From an uncultured delta proteobacterium (lineage in GTDB: Bacteria; Desulfobacterota; BSN033; UBA1163), in NCBI GenBank assembly GCA_963708295.1, contig CAVPSJ010000014.1, forward strand, positions 160,001 through 224,000: DNA of 64,000 nucleotides, read 5' to 3'. The position numbers and the translations under genes are program-made. Numbering within the stretch: position 1 is the stretch's first letter; every line of letters begins with the position of its first letter. The notes below the pieces were generated by a model. It worked only from the letters and a program-made list of their open reading frames with translations, was not told the DNA's origin and made no database searches. Of this stretch, positions 1 through 10,277 are shown one piece after another.

Positions 1-721
1 CTATTCGCAGATTGTGGGAGCCCAGGCCGTAGAGAATGTCGTTTCGGGTGAGCGCTATAAACAGATAACGGATGAGGCCATCAAGTACGTTCTCGGGTAT
101 TACGGAGAGCCAGTTGTCCCGGTGGACCAAAATGTCATGGACCGGATCATGGGCTTACCGAGGACCAAAGAATTTCTCAATTGGAAACCTGAAGGGTACC
201 TGAAGTGCGTCGAAGAGCTGCGTCAAGAAATCGGCCCGGAACTTTCCGATGACGATCTTCTGCTGAGGATCCTGATACCGGGAAAACCTCTCAAGCGCGG
301 TGAGCCCAAGGGACAGGTCAAAGCGCCTGTGGTCAAACCTATGGCGCCTGTTAGCCCATCCACGGACTTCCCGACGGAATTTACCGTTGATGTAGATGGT
401 GACGTATTTAACGTTAAAATCTCGCCGGTGTGGGACGGGGCCGGAAAAACCGAAAGAACTATGGTGGGAGAGAGACCGGAGGCAACAAAGAGGCCGAAGG
501 AACTCCCCTCGGGGGCGGTGCTTTGCGGGATGGCGGGGTTGGTACTTTCGTTCGAAGTGAAGGTGGGCGACAGTGTCAATGCGGGCGATCTGGTGGCATT
601 GATCGAAGCAATGAAGATGAGGAGACATGTCAATTCACCCCGTAGCGGGGTGGTAAAAGAGATTTGGGCCCGTGAAGGTGAGATAGTCAGTCCTGAGGAT
701 GTCTTGATGGTGGTGGAATGA
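1..721 (+). CDS. C-terminal part of pyruvate carboxylase subunit B / oxaloacetate decarboxylase alpha-like protein with biotinyl domain (5' end outside window)
   Basis: EAMKM biotinylation motif at C-terminus; 'VGAQAVENVVSGERYK' matches the post-HMGL region; adjacent to biotin carboxylase. Confidence 0.85.
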   Translation, partial: YSQIVGAQAVENVVSGERYKQITDEAIKYVLGYYGEPVVPVDQNVMDRIMGLPRTKEFLNWKPEGYLKCVEELRQEIGPELSDDDLLLRILIPGKPLKRGEPKGQVKAPVVKPMAPVSPSTDFPTEFTVDVDGDVFNVKISPVWDGAGKTERTMVGERPEATKRPKELPSGAVLCGMAGLVLSFEVKVGDSVNAGDLVALIEAMKMRRHVNSPRSGVVKEIWAREGEIVSPEDVLMVVE

Positions 722-723
722 AG

Positions 724-886
724 TTCACCGCAGAGTCGCCGAGATCGCTGAGGATAAGATAAAAAGAGGATGATAGCTGGTATCTATCCAAGGCTTATTG
801 TGAAAAGACAGAAGCCTTTTTATTTGGCGGCCTCTCACCGCCAAATAAAAACTGTTTCTCCGCGTTCTCTGCGCCTTTGCGGTGAA
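724..886. repeat. REP-like palindromic element (CACCGCAGAG...CTTTGCGGTG) with internal hairpin TTTTATTTGGCGG-N6-CCGCCAAATAAAA
   Basis: Terminal inverted arms and internal hairpin; related copy at 37461-37690. Confidence 0.7.
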
Positions 887-903
887 AAACATTTTGGACA
901 AGA

Positions 904-2392
904 GTGATGATTAAGAAGATTCTCATCGCCAATCGCGGTGAAATAGCTATTCGCGTCATGCGAGCGTGCCGGGAAATGGACATTGCCTCCGTCGCCGTCT
1001 ATTCCGAAGCGGACAGAGAGGCATTATTTGCCAAGTATGCTGATGAGGCCTATTGCATCGGGCCTCCACCGGCCACGGTGAGCTATCTCAACATCCAAAA
1101 AGTGATTGAGGCGGCAAAGGAAAGCGGGGCTGACGCAATCCATCCCGGTTACGGATTCCTTGCTGAGAATCCAAAATTTGCCCGTGCCTGTGAAGAAGAA
1201 GGCATCAAATTCATCGGACCATCGAGCCGAGTGCTCGAACTCATGGGCGATAAAGTAGCGGCTCGGCGTGAGATGGTCAAGGCGGGCGTCCCTGTGGTGC
1301 CGGGCACGGATGAGTGCGTGGCGGAGTTTGATCAAGCAAGGGATATCGCCAATGAGATCGGATATCCGGTGATCATCAAGCCCTCCGGTGGCGGAGGAGG
1401 GATCGGCATGACCATTGTCGCGAACGAAGGGGAACTGGCGAAGGCGCTCGAATCCACGCAGGCGATTGCGACGACCACCTTCGGTCTTTGTGATGTTTAC
1501 ATTGAAAAATACTTATCCAATCCCCGCCACATCGAGTTTCAGATATTGGGAGATTCAAAGGGGAATGCCATTCACCTGGGGGAACGGGAATGCTCTATCC
1601 AGCGGAGACATCAAAAGCTGATCGAGGAATCTCCTTCGGCGGCGGTGACTCCAGCCATGCGCGCCAAGATGGGGAAGTTGGCCGCGAAGGCCGCCAGATT
1701 TGTGGGCTATGAAGGAGCAGGAACGATGGAGTTCCTTTTCTCCGACGGAAAGTTCTACTTCCTGGAGGTGAACGCCCGGGTCCAGGTGGAGCACCCGGTG
1801 ACCGAGATGGTGACAGGGGTGGATATTGTCAAGGAGCAGATACGGATCGCCTCGGGACTCCCCCTCAGCATCAAACAAGAAGAGGTCCGGATGAATGGCA
1901 GCGCGATCGAATGCCGCATCAATGCCGAAGATCCTTTGAACGACTTTGTCCCCACACCGGGCAAGATCAAGAGCTATCATTCCCCGGGAGGAACTGGACA
2001 TTCGAGTGGATAGCGGCGTCTATACCTCGTACACCATACCTCCCTTCTACGACCCGATGATATCAAAGCTCATCGTCTGGGGCAGGGACCGGGATGAGGC
2101 GATCGCGAGAATGCGGCGGGCCCTCTTCGAATATATCATTGTCGGGATTAAGAGCAATATTCCATTCCACAAAGCGGTCATGGAAAACCCGCGCTTTATC
2201 AAGGGTGAACTGGGGACTCATTTTATCGATAGCGAAACCACCCTGATAGAAGATATGAAGCGAATGATGGAGCGGGAGAAACCGTTAGAGGAAAGGTTAC
2301 CCCATCCTTCGGAGGAAAAAAAGAGAATCGCCGCTATTGCTGCTGTGACTGCCCTCACCCAGATGGGTGGTCACGTACAGCCCAAGCAGTAA
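904..2392 (+). CDS. Biotin carboxylase subunit (PycA/AccC), frameshift near 1999
   Basis: ANRGEIA, HPGYGFLAEN, ERECSIQRRHQK, RVDSG..YDPMISKL motifs split over ORFs 904-2013 and 1946-2392. Confidence 0.9.
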
Positions 2393-2467
2393 TGGTGGAG
2401 ACTGAGTTCCTCTTACCGAGGGTCTCATAACAGTCCGTACATTGGCGCTGTCGGCAGAGAGAATCAT

Positions 2468-2570
2468 AACCCCACCTAACCTTCCCTTACCTCAAGGGGA
2501 GGGGTAACCCCTCTTCATCCCCCCTTAACTTAAGGGGGGACAGAGGGGGGTTAAGAGGGGGCTGGGGAGT
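2468..2570. repeat. C-run/G-run palindromic REP-like element
   Basis: CCCTTACCTCAAGGGG and CCCCCCTTAACTTAAGGGGGG hairpins; similar family at 20100-20215. Confidence 0.55.
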
Positions 2571-2668
2571 TACTTCTATTGGGTGCAAGTCTGAATTCCT
2601 TGCATGGTGTGTCCAGTCTGTTATGAGCCTGTTAAAAAGAAGAAAGAAATCAGACAGAGGAGGAAAAG

Positions 2669-3383
2669 ATGCCTGTCCATAAGATCTATGAGTCCTGTGA
2701 TCGAGCGGTCGCCGACATTTTTGACGGGGCAACGATCATGATCGGTGGGTTCGGTTCTTTTGGTGGATTACCCATTCACCTGCTTGTTGCCCTGGCAAAA
2801 CAAGGAGCAAAGAATCTAACCGTTATCGCCAATCAGGGTGGCGTGGGTTTTGAGTTAAGCAAGAGAATAAAACCCGGCGGATATCCGGACATCGGCGTTC
2901 TGGTCCAGAACGGACAGGTGAAGAAATTTATCGGATCCGTGCCCGCCTTAGGAGGGATGCCTCCCACTTCTCCCATCGAGACATTACCATCGTGAAGGAA
3001 AAATTGAAATAGAGCTGGTTCCTCAGGGGACTTTGGCGGAAAGAATACGGGCAGGGGCCGGGGGGCTCGGAGGGTTCTACACCCCGACCGGGGTAGGGAC
3101 TCCTGTTGAATTGGGGAAAGAGAGGAGAGTGATCAATGGTAGGGAGTATCTGTTGGAATTTCCGCTCACCGCAGATTTCGCCCTGATCAAGGCGCATAAA
3201 GCCGACACCTTGGGCAACCTGGTCTATCGGGGAACGGCAAGATGCTTCAACCCTCCAATGGCGATGGCTGCCAAGATGACGATTGTTGAGGTTGATCAGC
3301 TTGTTCAAGTGGGAGAACTGGATCCGGAAGCGGTCGTCACACCCCATCTCTTTGTGGGCCGCATTGTGGAGGTGCCAAGATGA
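2669..3383 (+). CDS. 3-oxoacid CoA-transferase subunit A (frameshift near 2986)
   Basis: [11 protein letters not shown]; [30 protein letters not shown]; NFNP-like CFNPPMA. Confidence 0.88.
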
Positions 3384-4042
3384 AGATGCGATTGGACGAG
3401 GAAACGATCGCCCTGAGGGCGGCAAAGGAGTTTGAAGACGGGATGGTGGTGAATTTAGGGTATGGAATGCCTGGACTCTGTGCAAATTTCATCCCCGAAG
3501 GAAGAACGGTCTTCTTCCAGGCCGAAAACGGCATCCTGGGATACGGACCTCTGCTGACCGATGAAGAGAAGGATTATGAATTGATCAATGCCTCAGATCA
3601 ACCCGTTACCCGCATGCCAGGCATGTGTTTCTTTGACAGTGCCATATCGTTTGACATGATTCGAGGCGGGCACATTGACGTGGTCATCCTGGGGGCTTAT
3701 CAGGTATCTGAAAAGGGCGACCTGGCGAACTGGGGTCGGCCGGGTCGACCTGCAACGGGGATGGGAGGCGGCATGGACCTGGCTGTGGGAGGCAAAAAAC
3801 TGATGGTGATGATGCTGCATACCACCAAGGAGGGAGGCCCACGGATCGTCCGACAATGTACGTTTCCTCTCACGGCAAAAAATTGTGTCAAAAAGATATT
3901 TACCGACATTGCTGTTATCGATGTCACAAAACAGGGACTCGTTCTTCGGGAGGTTGCCCCCGCCTGGACTGCAGAAGAGGTACAAGCCCTTACCGAAGCA
4001 AAGCTCATCGTAGGCGAGGATTTAAAGGAAATTGAGCTGTAG
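3380..4042 (+). CDS. 3-oxoacid CoA-transferase subunit B
   Basis: VNLGYGMP, catalytic [13 protein letters not shown]; ATGA overlap with subunit A. Confidence 0.92.
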   Translation: MKMRLDEETIALRAAKEFEDGMVVNLGYGMPGLCANFIPEGRTVFFQAENGILGYGPLLTDEEKDYELINASDQPVTRMPGMCFFDSAISFDMIRGGHIDVVILGAYQVSEKGDLANWGRPGRPATGMGGGMDLAVGGKKLMVMMLHTTKEGGPRIVRQCTFPLTAKNCVKKIFTDIAVIDVTKQGLVLREVAPAWTAEEVQALTEAKLIVGEDLKEIEL

Positions 4043-4134
4043 CTCTTTCCAAGTCATATTTGATCATTCCATTAAGACGGTTGCACATACGAAAGGGTGT
4101 GCGATCTCTTGATCGAAGAAGAAGGAGGGTTGAA

Positions 4135-4896
4135 ATGAGGCTGAAGGATAAGGTCGCAATCATCACAGGCGCAGCACGAGGCATTGGAGCGGCATTTGCC
4201 GTTGGGTTTGCAAAAGAAGGGGCGAAGATCGTCATCTGTAGTGACATCCTGGACGGAAAAGAGACGGTGGAAGCCGTCAAGAAAGCGGGGAGTCAGGCGA
4301 TCTTTGTGAAGACGGACGTTCGCAAACAGGATCAATGTGACGCTCTGGCTCGGGCAGCCATGGATCGCTTTGGGTCTATCGACATCCTGGTTAATAACGC
4401 GGCGGTTTTGGTTACGCTCAAGCCCTTCACGGAAGTCACGACGGAAGAATGGATGCATGTGATGGAAGTCAACACTGCAGGTCCCTTCCACTGCACCAAG
4501 GCTGTTTTCCCCTATATGAAAGAGAAGGGGGGGAAGATCATCAATATGTCTTCTGCTGTCATATTCGAAGGCGTCCCGGGGATGCCCCATTACGCCTCCT
4601 CAAAGGGGGCTATAGTGGCCTTTACGCGTTCCATGGCCCGGGAGTTGGGTGCTTACAACATCAATGTCAACACGATCGCTCCGGGGTTTACCCATTCTGC
4701 CGGCGGGGATGAATTCGACAGAAGGAAGACCTTTCCACCCGTTCCCCTTGACGAGATCCAACTCCCGCTCAAATGCCTGAAAAAACCCGCATACCCGGAA
4801 GATCTCGTTGGGACCGCAGTCTTCCTGGCCAGCGATGATAGTCGTTTTATTACAGGACAATTAATCTTGCACGACGGCGGGCTGTCTTTCCACTAA
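4135..4896 (+). CDS. Short-chain dehydrogenase/reductase
   Basis: TGAARGIG, NNAA, YASSK motifs; RBS AGGAGG. Confidence 0.92.
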   Translation: MRLKDKVAIITGAARGIGAAFAVGFAKEGAKIVICSDILDGKETVEAVKKAGSQAIFVKTDVRKQDQCDALARAAMDRFGSIDILVNNAAVLVTLKPFTEVTTEEWMHVMEVNTAGPFHCTKAVFPYMKEKGGKIINMSSAVIFEGVPGMPHYASSKGAIVAFTRSMARELGAYNINVNTIAPGFTHSAGGDEFDRRKTFPPVPLDEIQLPLKCLKKPAYPEDLVGTAVFLASDDSRFITGQLILHDGGLSFH

Positions 4897-5028
4897 ATGA
4901 GCCGGCCAAGGGCCCTTCCAGAGGGATGCGGCGATATGCCGCGATTCTAGGTTTTTTGAAGTCTGCCTGCCCTCTTGGGACCAAATGACTCGAATTCAAT
5001 TTTTTCAAACCTTCTGTAGGAGGACGTG

Positions 5029-5793
5029 ATGAACCGGGTTCTGGGCAAAGTAGGAATTGTGACGGGTGCCGGAGGCGCCATTGGGAGAGCCATAGCCCTT
5101 TCAATGGCAAGAGAAGGGGCAAAAGTCACGATAAGCGACACCCATGAGGTGAATGGAAGGAAAGTGGCAGAGGAGATAAAGAGGGGAGGGGGTGAGGCAA
5201 TCTTTGTGAAACATGATGTCACTCGTGAAGCCGACTGGGGAGAGGTCATGCGGACAACCGTGGACCGGTTCGGCAAGCTGGATATCCTCGTCAATAATGC
5301 GGGTGTGATGTTATGGAAGAACATTGAGAATACGTCGCTGGAGGAATGGCGCTGGCTGATGGGGGTCAATTTGGAGGGAGTGTTTTTGGGTACGAAATAT
5401 GCCATAGGAGCCATGAAGAAGAGTGGAGGAGGGTCAATCATCAATATATCTTCAGTCGCAGGTTTGGTCGGCACTCTCGATACCTCGGCCTACCACGCCA
5501 GCAAGGGGGGTGTGAGAATCTTTACCAAGGCCGCTGCCTTCGAGTGCTCGAAGGCGGGTTATGACTATAACATCCGGGTTAACTCCGTCCATCCGGGGGT
5601 CATTAAAACACCCATGGTGGAGGAGCTGTTCAAAGATGAAGAGAAGATGAGAACCGCATTGAGCTGGCACCTCGTCGGACGGTTTGGTGAGCCGGAAGAC
5701 GTTGCCTACGGCGTCCTTTACTTGGCCTCTGACGAATCCAAATTCGTTACCGGGGCTGAGCTGGTCATCGACGGTGGCTGGACAGCGCACTGA
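5029..5793 (+). CDS. Short-chain dehydrogenase/reductase (cyclopentanol/hydroxysteroid dehydrogenase-like)
   Basis: TGAGGAIG, NNAG, YHASK, IRVNSVHPG, ELVIDGG. Confidence 0.92.
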   Translation: MNRVLGKVGIVTGAGGAIGRAIALSMAREGAKVTISDTHEVNGRKVAEEIKRGGGEAIFVKHDVTREADWGEVMRTTVDRFGKLDILVNNAGVMLWKNIENTSLEEWRWLMGVNLEGVFLGTKYAIGAMKKSGGGSIINISSVAGLVGTLDTSAYHASKGGVRIFTKAAAFECSKAGYDYNIRVNSVHPGVIKTPMVEELFKDEEKMRTALSWHLVGRFGEPEDVAYGVLYLASDESKFVTGAELVIDGGWTAH

Positions 5794-5911
5794 GGTCAGC
5801 CCCAGGATCAGATGGACACATGAACGTAAATAGGCTTTGCAGGGTGAAAGGGGAGAATCAAAGGAGATCCCTTGTGGAGTATGAACTGGAAATGGAGGGA
5901 AGGAGCAAGAA

Positions 5912-6009
5912 ATGATTACCACAACAATCTTTCCGGGTCGCTCTATTCAGGGTCACGGAGCGATCAAAAGGCCGCAGATGATGACGGAAGGCTAAGGAAA
6001 CGAGACTGA
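5912..6009 (+). pseudogene. gldA: Deletion scar of a glycerol dehydrogenase-family gene (N- and C-termini only)
   Basis: RBS then MITTTIFPGRSIQGHGAIK, joined out of frame to KAADDDGRLRKRD*; both resemble glycerol dehydrogenase termini (from recall, not searched). Confidence 0.7.
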
Positions 6010-6046
6010 CGTCATTCCACAAAACAATTAAAGAAAGGAGTCGACT

Positions 6047-7921
6047 ATGTATTCAGGCGGGTATATGGGGAAGGTACTTCGGATCAACCTGACACGGAAG
6101 ACCTCGAAAGAAGAGAAACTGCCTCCAGAGGTGGCCAAGGATTTTATCGGAGGCGCTGGATTTGGAATCAAGTACCTATTTGACGAAGTGAGGTCTGGCA
6201 CGGACCCTCTCGGGCCTGATAACAAGCTGATCTTTGTTCCCGGTCCATTTACGGGGACGACCATTCCCTGTGCGAGCCGGATGGCCGTTGTCGGGAAATC
6301 TCCCTTGACGGGTGCGGTGGGCATGGCCCTTACAGGAGGACAGTTCCCCGCGGAGCTGAAGTTTGCCGGCTGGGATGTGGTCATTATCGAAGGGAAGGCT
6401 GAAAAGCCAACGTATGTCTCCATCAAAGACAGCGCCGTCCGATTTCATGACGCGCAGAGTGTGTGGGGGACCATGACCAGCGACTGTCAGCAGATCATCA
6501 AGGACGCTCTCCGGGATCAGAATACGCGGGTGATCTGTATCGGGCCTGCGGGTGAACATTTGAACAAGATTGCATGTATCATCAATGAGAGGAGAGCCCC
6601 GGGGCGGAAGGGACTCGGAGCCGTCATGGGATCGAAGAATTTGAAGGCCATCGCCGTCCGGGGAAGCGGGTCTGTCGTCATCGCTTCCCAAGAGAAGTAT
6701 AAGGCCGGCAGGTCCTCGATGTTGAAGGCGATGAAAGAAAGCCCCGTGCTCTATTCCCACTTCGCAGACGCAGGAACGCCCATGGTTCTTGACCTGACGG
6801 CTGCCATGGGAATCCTCTCGGCCAAGAACTGGTCGGCTACCGGCGAGTTTGCCCCGGTGGAAGGACTGGGGCTCGAAGCCCAGAACACCCGAAAAATCGG
6901 CAAGGAACATTGCTACGACTGCCCGGTGGGGTGCAGTCAGATGAAGCTCGCCAAGAGCGGGCCCTACTCCGGCATCCTGACCGAGGGTCCTGAGTTTGAG
7001 ACCCTTTACTCCTTTGGCAGCGGGACCGGGGTGGCGAACCTGGACGCTGTGATCGCAGCCGATCGGCTCTCTGATGAGTTGGGATTTGACACGATGTCGG
7101 CAGGCGTGACGGTTGCCTTTGCAATGGAACTCTTTGAAAGAGGGATTCTCACGCTCAAGGAGACAGGCGGGCTGGAATTGAAGTTCGGCAATGACCAGGC
7201 CATGATGACGGTGCTGCGTCAAATGGCGTATCGCGAGGGGATCGGCGACCTCCTTGCCGATGGCACGAGGGCAGCGGCTCAAAAGATCGGCAAAGGAGCG
7301 GAAAAGTATGCGATGCATATCAAGGGCCTCGAGCTGCCCGCCTATGATGTGCGGGGCGCCAAGGCTCATGGCTTAAACTATGCGACATCCTATACCGGCG
7401 CAGACCACAACCGGGGTTATGCCTTCCAGGAGATATTCGGAATTCCAGTTCCCTGGGCAGTGGATCGATTTGCCGTAGAAGGGAAAGGGAAACTGACCAA
7501 GTGGAATCAGGATGTGAGGGCGGCGACCTGCGACTGCCCGACCATGTGCGCCTTTATCCTGGATACTGCACTTCCCGGTACCGCTACCCAGAACACAGCT
7601 ACTCTCATGGAGGCTGTGACAGGACTTCCGTTTACCCCAGAAGAAGTCGAGAAGGTCGGTGAAAGAGTCAATAATCTGGCCAAGGCTTTCAACGTCAGGG
7701 AGGGCTTCACGCGGGCAGATGACACATTCCCGGAAAGGCTGATGACAGAGCCTTTGAAGGCCGGTGCCTCCAAGGGACAGCTGATCAGCAAAGAGGATCT
7801 CAACCTCATGTTGGATGAATACTATACCGTGAGAGGTTGGGATCTCAAAAAGGGCACTCCGACCAGGGCAAAGCTTATTGAACTTGGGCTGGGCTACGTT
7901 GCCGATGAGCTAGGGGTATAG
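6047..7921 (+). CDS. aor: Aldehyde:ferredoxin oxidoreductase (tungstopterin AOR family)
   Basis: KSPLTG, GLGAVMGSKNLKAI, CYDCPVGC, EGPEFET, KGLELPAYDVRG, EYYTVRGWD. Confidence 0.95.
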   Translation: MYSGGYMGKVLRINLTRKTSKEEKLPPEVAKDFIGGAGFGIKYLFDEVRSGTDPLGPDNKLIFVPGPFTGTTIPCASRMAVVGKSPLTGAVGMALTGGQFPAELKFAGWDVVIIEGKAEKPTYVSIKDSAVRFHDAQSVWGTMTSDCQQIIKDALRDQNTRVICIGPAGEHLNKIACIINERRAPGRKGLGAVMGSKNLKAIAVRGSGSVVIASQEKYKAGRSSMLKAMKESPVLYSHFADAGTPMVLDLTAAMGILSAKNWSATGEFAPVEGLGLEAQNTRKIGKEHCYDCPVGCSQMKLAKSGPYSGILTEGPEFETLYSFGSGTGVANLDAVIAADRLSDELGFDTMSAGVTVAFAMELFERGILTLKETGGLELKFGNDQAMMTVLRQMAYREGIGDLLADGTRAAAQKIGKGAEKYAMHIKGLELPAYDVRGAKAHGLNYATSYTGADHNRGYAFQEIFGIPVPWAVDRFAVEGKGKLTKWNQDVRAATCDCPTMCAFILDTALPGTATQNTATLMEAVTGLPFTPEEVEKVGERVNNLAKAFNVREGFTRADDTFPERLMTEPLKAGASKGQLISKEDLNLMLDEYYTVRGWDLKKGTPTRAKLIELGLGYVADELGV

Positions 7922-7972
7922 GATCAATTTAGTGTTTTGAGATCCAATGGGATTAGACTCCTGGTCAATGAT

Positions 7973-8106
7973 GCTTCCAAAGTTTTAGAATGCGGTCGTT
8001 TACAGGTTTCGGAATTGAAATGGAGTGAATGAGCAAGACGCTGGAGTGATGTTGAAGCCATCTGAACGATCCGATAAGAGGTATCCGCTCTAAAACTTTT
8101 GGAAGC
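7973..8106. repeat. ~22-bp imperfect inverted repeat flanking ~90 bp (MITE-like or long hairpin)
   Basis: GCTTCCAAAGTTTTAGAATGCGG vs CCGCTCTAAAACTTTTGGAAGC. Confidence 0.55.
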
Positions 8107-8219
8107 TTTCGCTTCCCGTAAACGCCCAGCATCAACGACCAGCGCCTTGGGTGGGCGAGGTTTCAAGGCGCTGAAGTGTTACAGCATAAAGACGGAGAGG
8201 GTGGAAAAAGGAGGGAGAT

Positions 8220-9209
8220 ATGGCTGAGATTAAGAAGGAGACGCTTCTGGCGATGTATGATCGGATGCGCCTGATTCGGACTTTCGAAGATCGGGTAGCA
8301 GACCTTTTCGTTCGCGGAAAGATGCCAGGATTTGTCCACCTCTACGCGGGACAGGAAGCCATCGCTGCGGGGGTCATCGCCCATCTTACGGATCGCGACT
8401 GGATCACATCCACCCATCGAGGGCACGGTCACTGTATCGCGAAAGGGGTTGACATCAAAGGGATGATGGCAGAGCTCTATGCCAAAGCGACTGGATTATG
8501 CAAAGGCAGGGGGAGCTCCATGCACATTGCTGACATAGGAAAAGGAATGCTGGGGGCCAACGGGATTGTTGGGGCTGGGGGTCCGCTGGCCTGCGGTTCT
8601 GCTTTAACTGCCAAAGTCCTGGGGACGGATCAGGTGACGGTATGTTTTTTTGGAGACGGAGCAGCCGCGCAGGGGACGATCCATGAGTCGATGAACTTGG
8701 CGAGCATCTGGAAGCTCCCTGTCGTCTTTGTCTGTGAGAACAACCTGTATGCCGTATCCACCCCGAGCAGCTACCATTGTGCCGCCGGAGAGATCTGCGC
8801 GCGGGCAGCGGCTTACAACATTCCTGGCTTAGCATTGGATGGAACCGATGTGATGGCAGTCTACGAGGCATCTGGCGAGGCGATTGCCCGTGCGAGACGA
8901 GGCCAGGGCCCGAGTCTGATTGAAGCTCGTGCCTTCCGGTACTATGGACACTTTGTAGGGGACCCGCAAAAGTACAAAACGAAGGAAGAGATGGAGGGCT
9001 ATAAAGCCCGTGACCCGCTTGAAGTCTTCAAAAAACGGGTCGGCGAAGCGGGTTTGATTTCGGAAGCTGAATTGGCAAAGATAGATATCCGGGCGGTGGA
9101 GGCGGTAGAGGAAGCGGTCCGTTTTGCCGAAGAGAGTCCTTTTCCGGTTCCGGAGGAGTGCTTGAAGGATGTCTACGTGAGTTATCCAGCGGAGGGAGGG
9201 GATTTATGA
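8220..9209 (+). CDS. acoA: TPP-dependent dehydrogenase E1 alpha (acetoin dehydrogenase-like)
   Basis: GFVHLYAGQEA, STHRGHGH, GDGA...NN TPP motif, RYYGHFVGD. Confidence 0.88.
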   Translation: MAEIKKETLLAMYDRMRLIRTFEDRVADLFVRGKMPGFVHLYAGQEAIAAGVIAHLTDRDWITSTHRGHGHCIAKGVDIKGMMAELYAKATGLCKGRGSSMHIADIGKGMLGANGIVGAGGPLACGSALTAKVLGTDQVTVCFFGDGAAAQGTIHESMNLASIWKLPVVFVCENNLYAVSTPSSYHCAAGEICARAAAYNIPGLALDGTDVMAVYEASGEAIARARRGQGPSLIEARAFRYYGHFVGDPQKYKTKEEMEGYKARDPLEVFKKRVGEAGLISEAELAKIDIRAVEAVEEAVRFAEESPFPVPEECLKDVYVSYPAEGGDL

Positions 9210-10228
9210 CGATACGGACATTGACTTTTCGTGAAGCGATCAATGAAGCCATCCGTCTGGAAATGCGCAGGGACCCGACTGTGATCTTGTTGGGTGAGGA
9301 TGTGGCGGGTGGGGCCACGCTTCCCCATCTTGAAGCGACCGGGGGGAGTGAGTGGGGGGGCGCCCTGGGAGTCACCGTTGGGCTGGCAAAGGAATTTGGC
9401 CGGGGGCGAGTGTTGGATACGCCGATCAGTGAATCAGGCTTTATCGGCGCAGCCGTCGGGGCAGCCGTCACCGGGCTTCGGCCAATCGCCGAGCTGATGT
9501 TTGTCGATTTTTTTGGGGTGTGCATGGACCAGATTTATAACCAGGGAGGCAAATTCCGGTACATGTTTGGAGGCAAGGTCCAGGTGCCCCTTGTCATACG
9601 GACCACGATTGGAGCGGGCTTTCGCGCGGCAGCCCAGCATTCCGGCTGCCATTATTCTGTTTTTACGCACATGCCGGGCCTCAAAACAGTGGTTCCCTCT
9701 ACTCCTCACGATGCCAAAGGGCTCTTAATCACAGCGATTCGTGATCCCGATCCTGTCCTTTTCTTTGAGCATAAGCTTCTCTATGACATCAGCGGAGAGG
9801 TGCCGGAAGGTGAGTATGTGATTCCACTGGGCGTCGCTGAAATCAAACGCAGCGGAAAGCATGTGACCGTGGTGACCATCGGGCGCATGGTGCACACAGC
9901 CATGGAAGCAGCGGAGAAGCTTTCGAAGGACGGGATAGAGTTGGAAGTCATCGATCTTCGGTGCCTGTCGCCGATGGACAATAGAACAATCTTGCAGTCA
10001 GTCAAAAAGACGCACCGACTCCTCGTCATCGATGAAGATAATCCTAGATGCAGCATGGCATGCGACATCGTAGCTCTTGTGAGCACCCGGGCATTTGACG
10101 AGTTGGATGCCCCGCCTCGAATGGTGACAGCGCCTCACACCCCGGTACCCTTCAGTCCATCCCTCGAGGACTATTATATCCCCAGCGTGGAGAAGATCAT
10201 CTCCTCAGTAAGGACCTTGGTTTCATAG
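9206..10228 (+). CDS. acoB: E1 beta subunit (acetoin dehydrogenase-like)
   Basis: GEDVAGG, DTPISE, ELMFVDF, AAQHS, FFEHK. Confidence 0.88.
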   Translation: MTIRTLTFREAINEAIRLEMRRDPTVILLGEDVAGGATLPHLEATGGSEWGGALGVTVGLAKEFGRGRVLDTPISESGFIGAAVGAAVTGLRPIAELMFVDFFGVCMDQIYNQGGKFRYMFGGKVQVPLVIRTTIGAGFRAAAQHSGCHYSVFTHMPGLKTVVPSTPHDAKGLLITAIRDPDPVLFFEHKLLYDISGEVPEGEYVIPLGVAEIKRSGKHVTVVTIGRMVHTAMEAAEKLSKDGIELEVIDLRCLSPMDNRTILQSVKKTHRLLVIDEDNPRCSMACDIVALVSTRAFDELDAPPRMVTAPHTPVPFSPSLEDYYIPSVEKIISSVRTLVS

Positions 10229-10277
10229 ACCGGTATAGCGTATTGCAACTGAAGTGGATTTTTTGGAGGTGAGAAGA

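Noticed and set aside
6176-7369. Long antisense ORFs (also 17268-18461, 31138-31872)
   Set aside because: Shadows of well-supported genes on the opposite strand; no motifs
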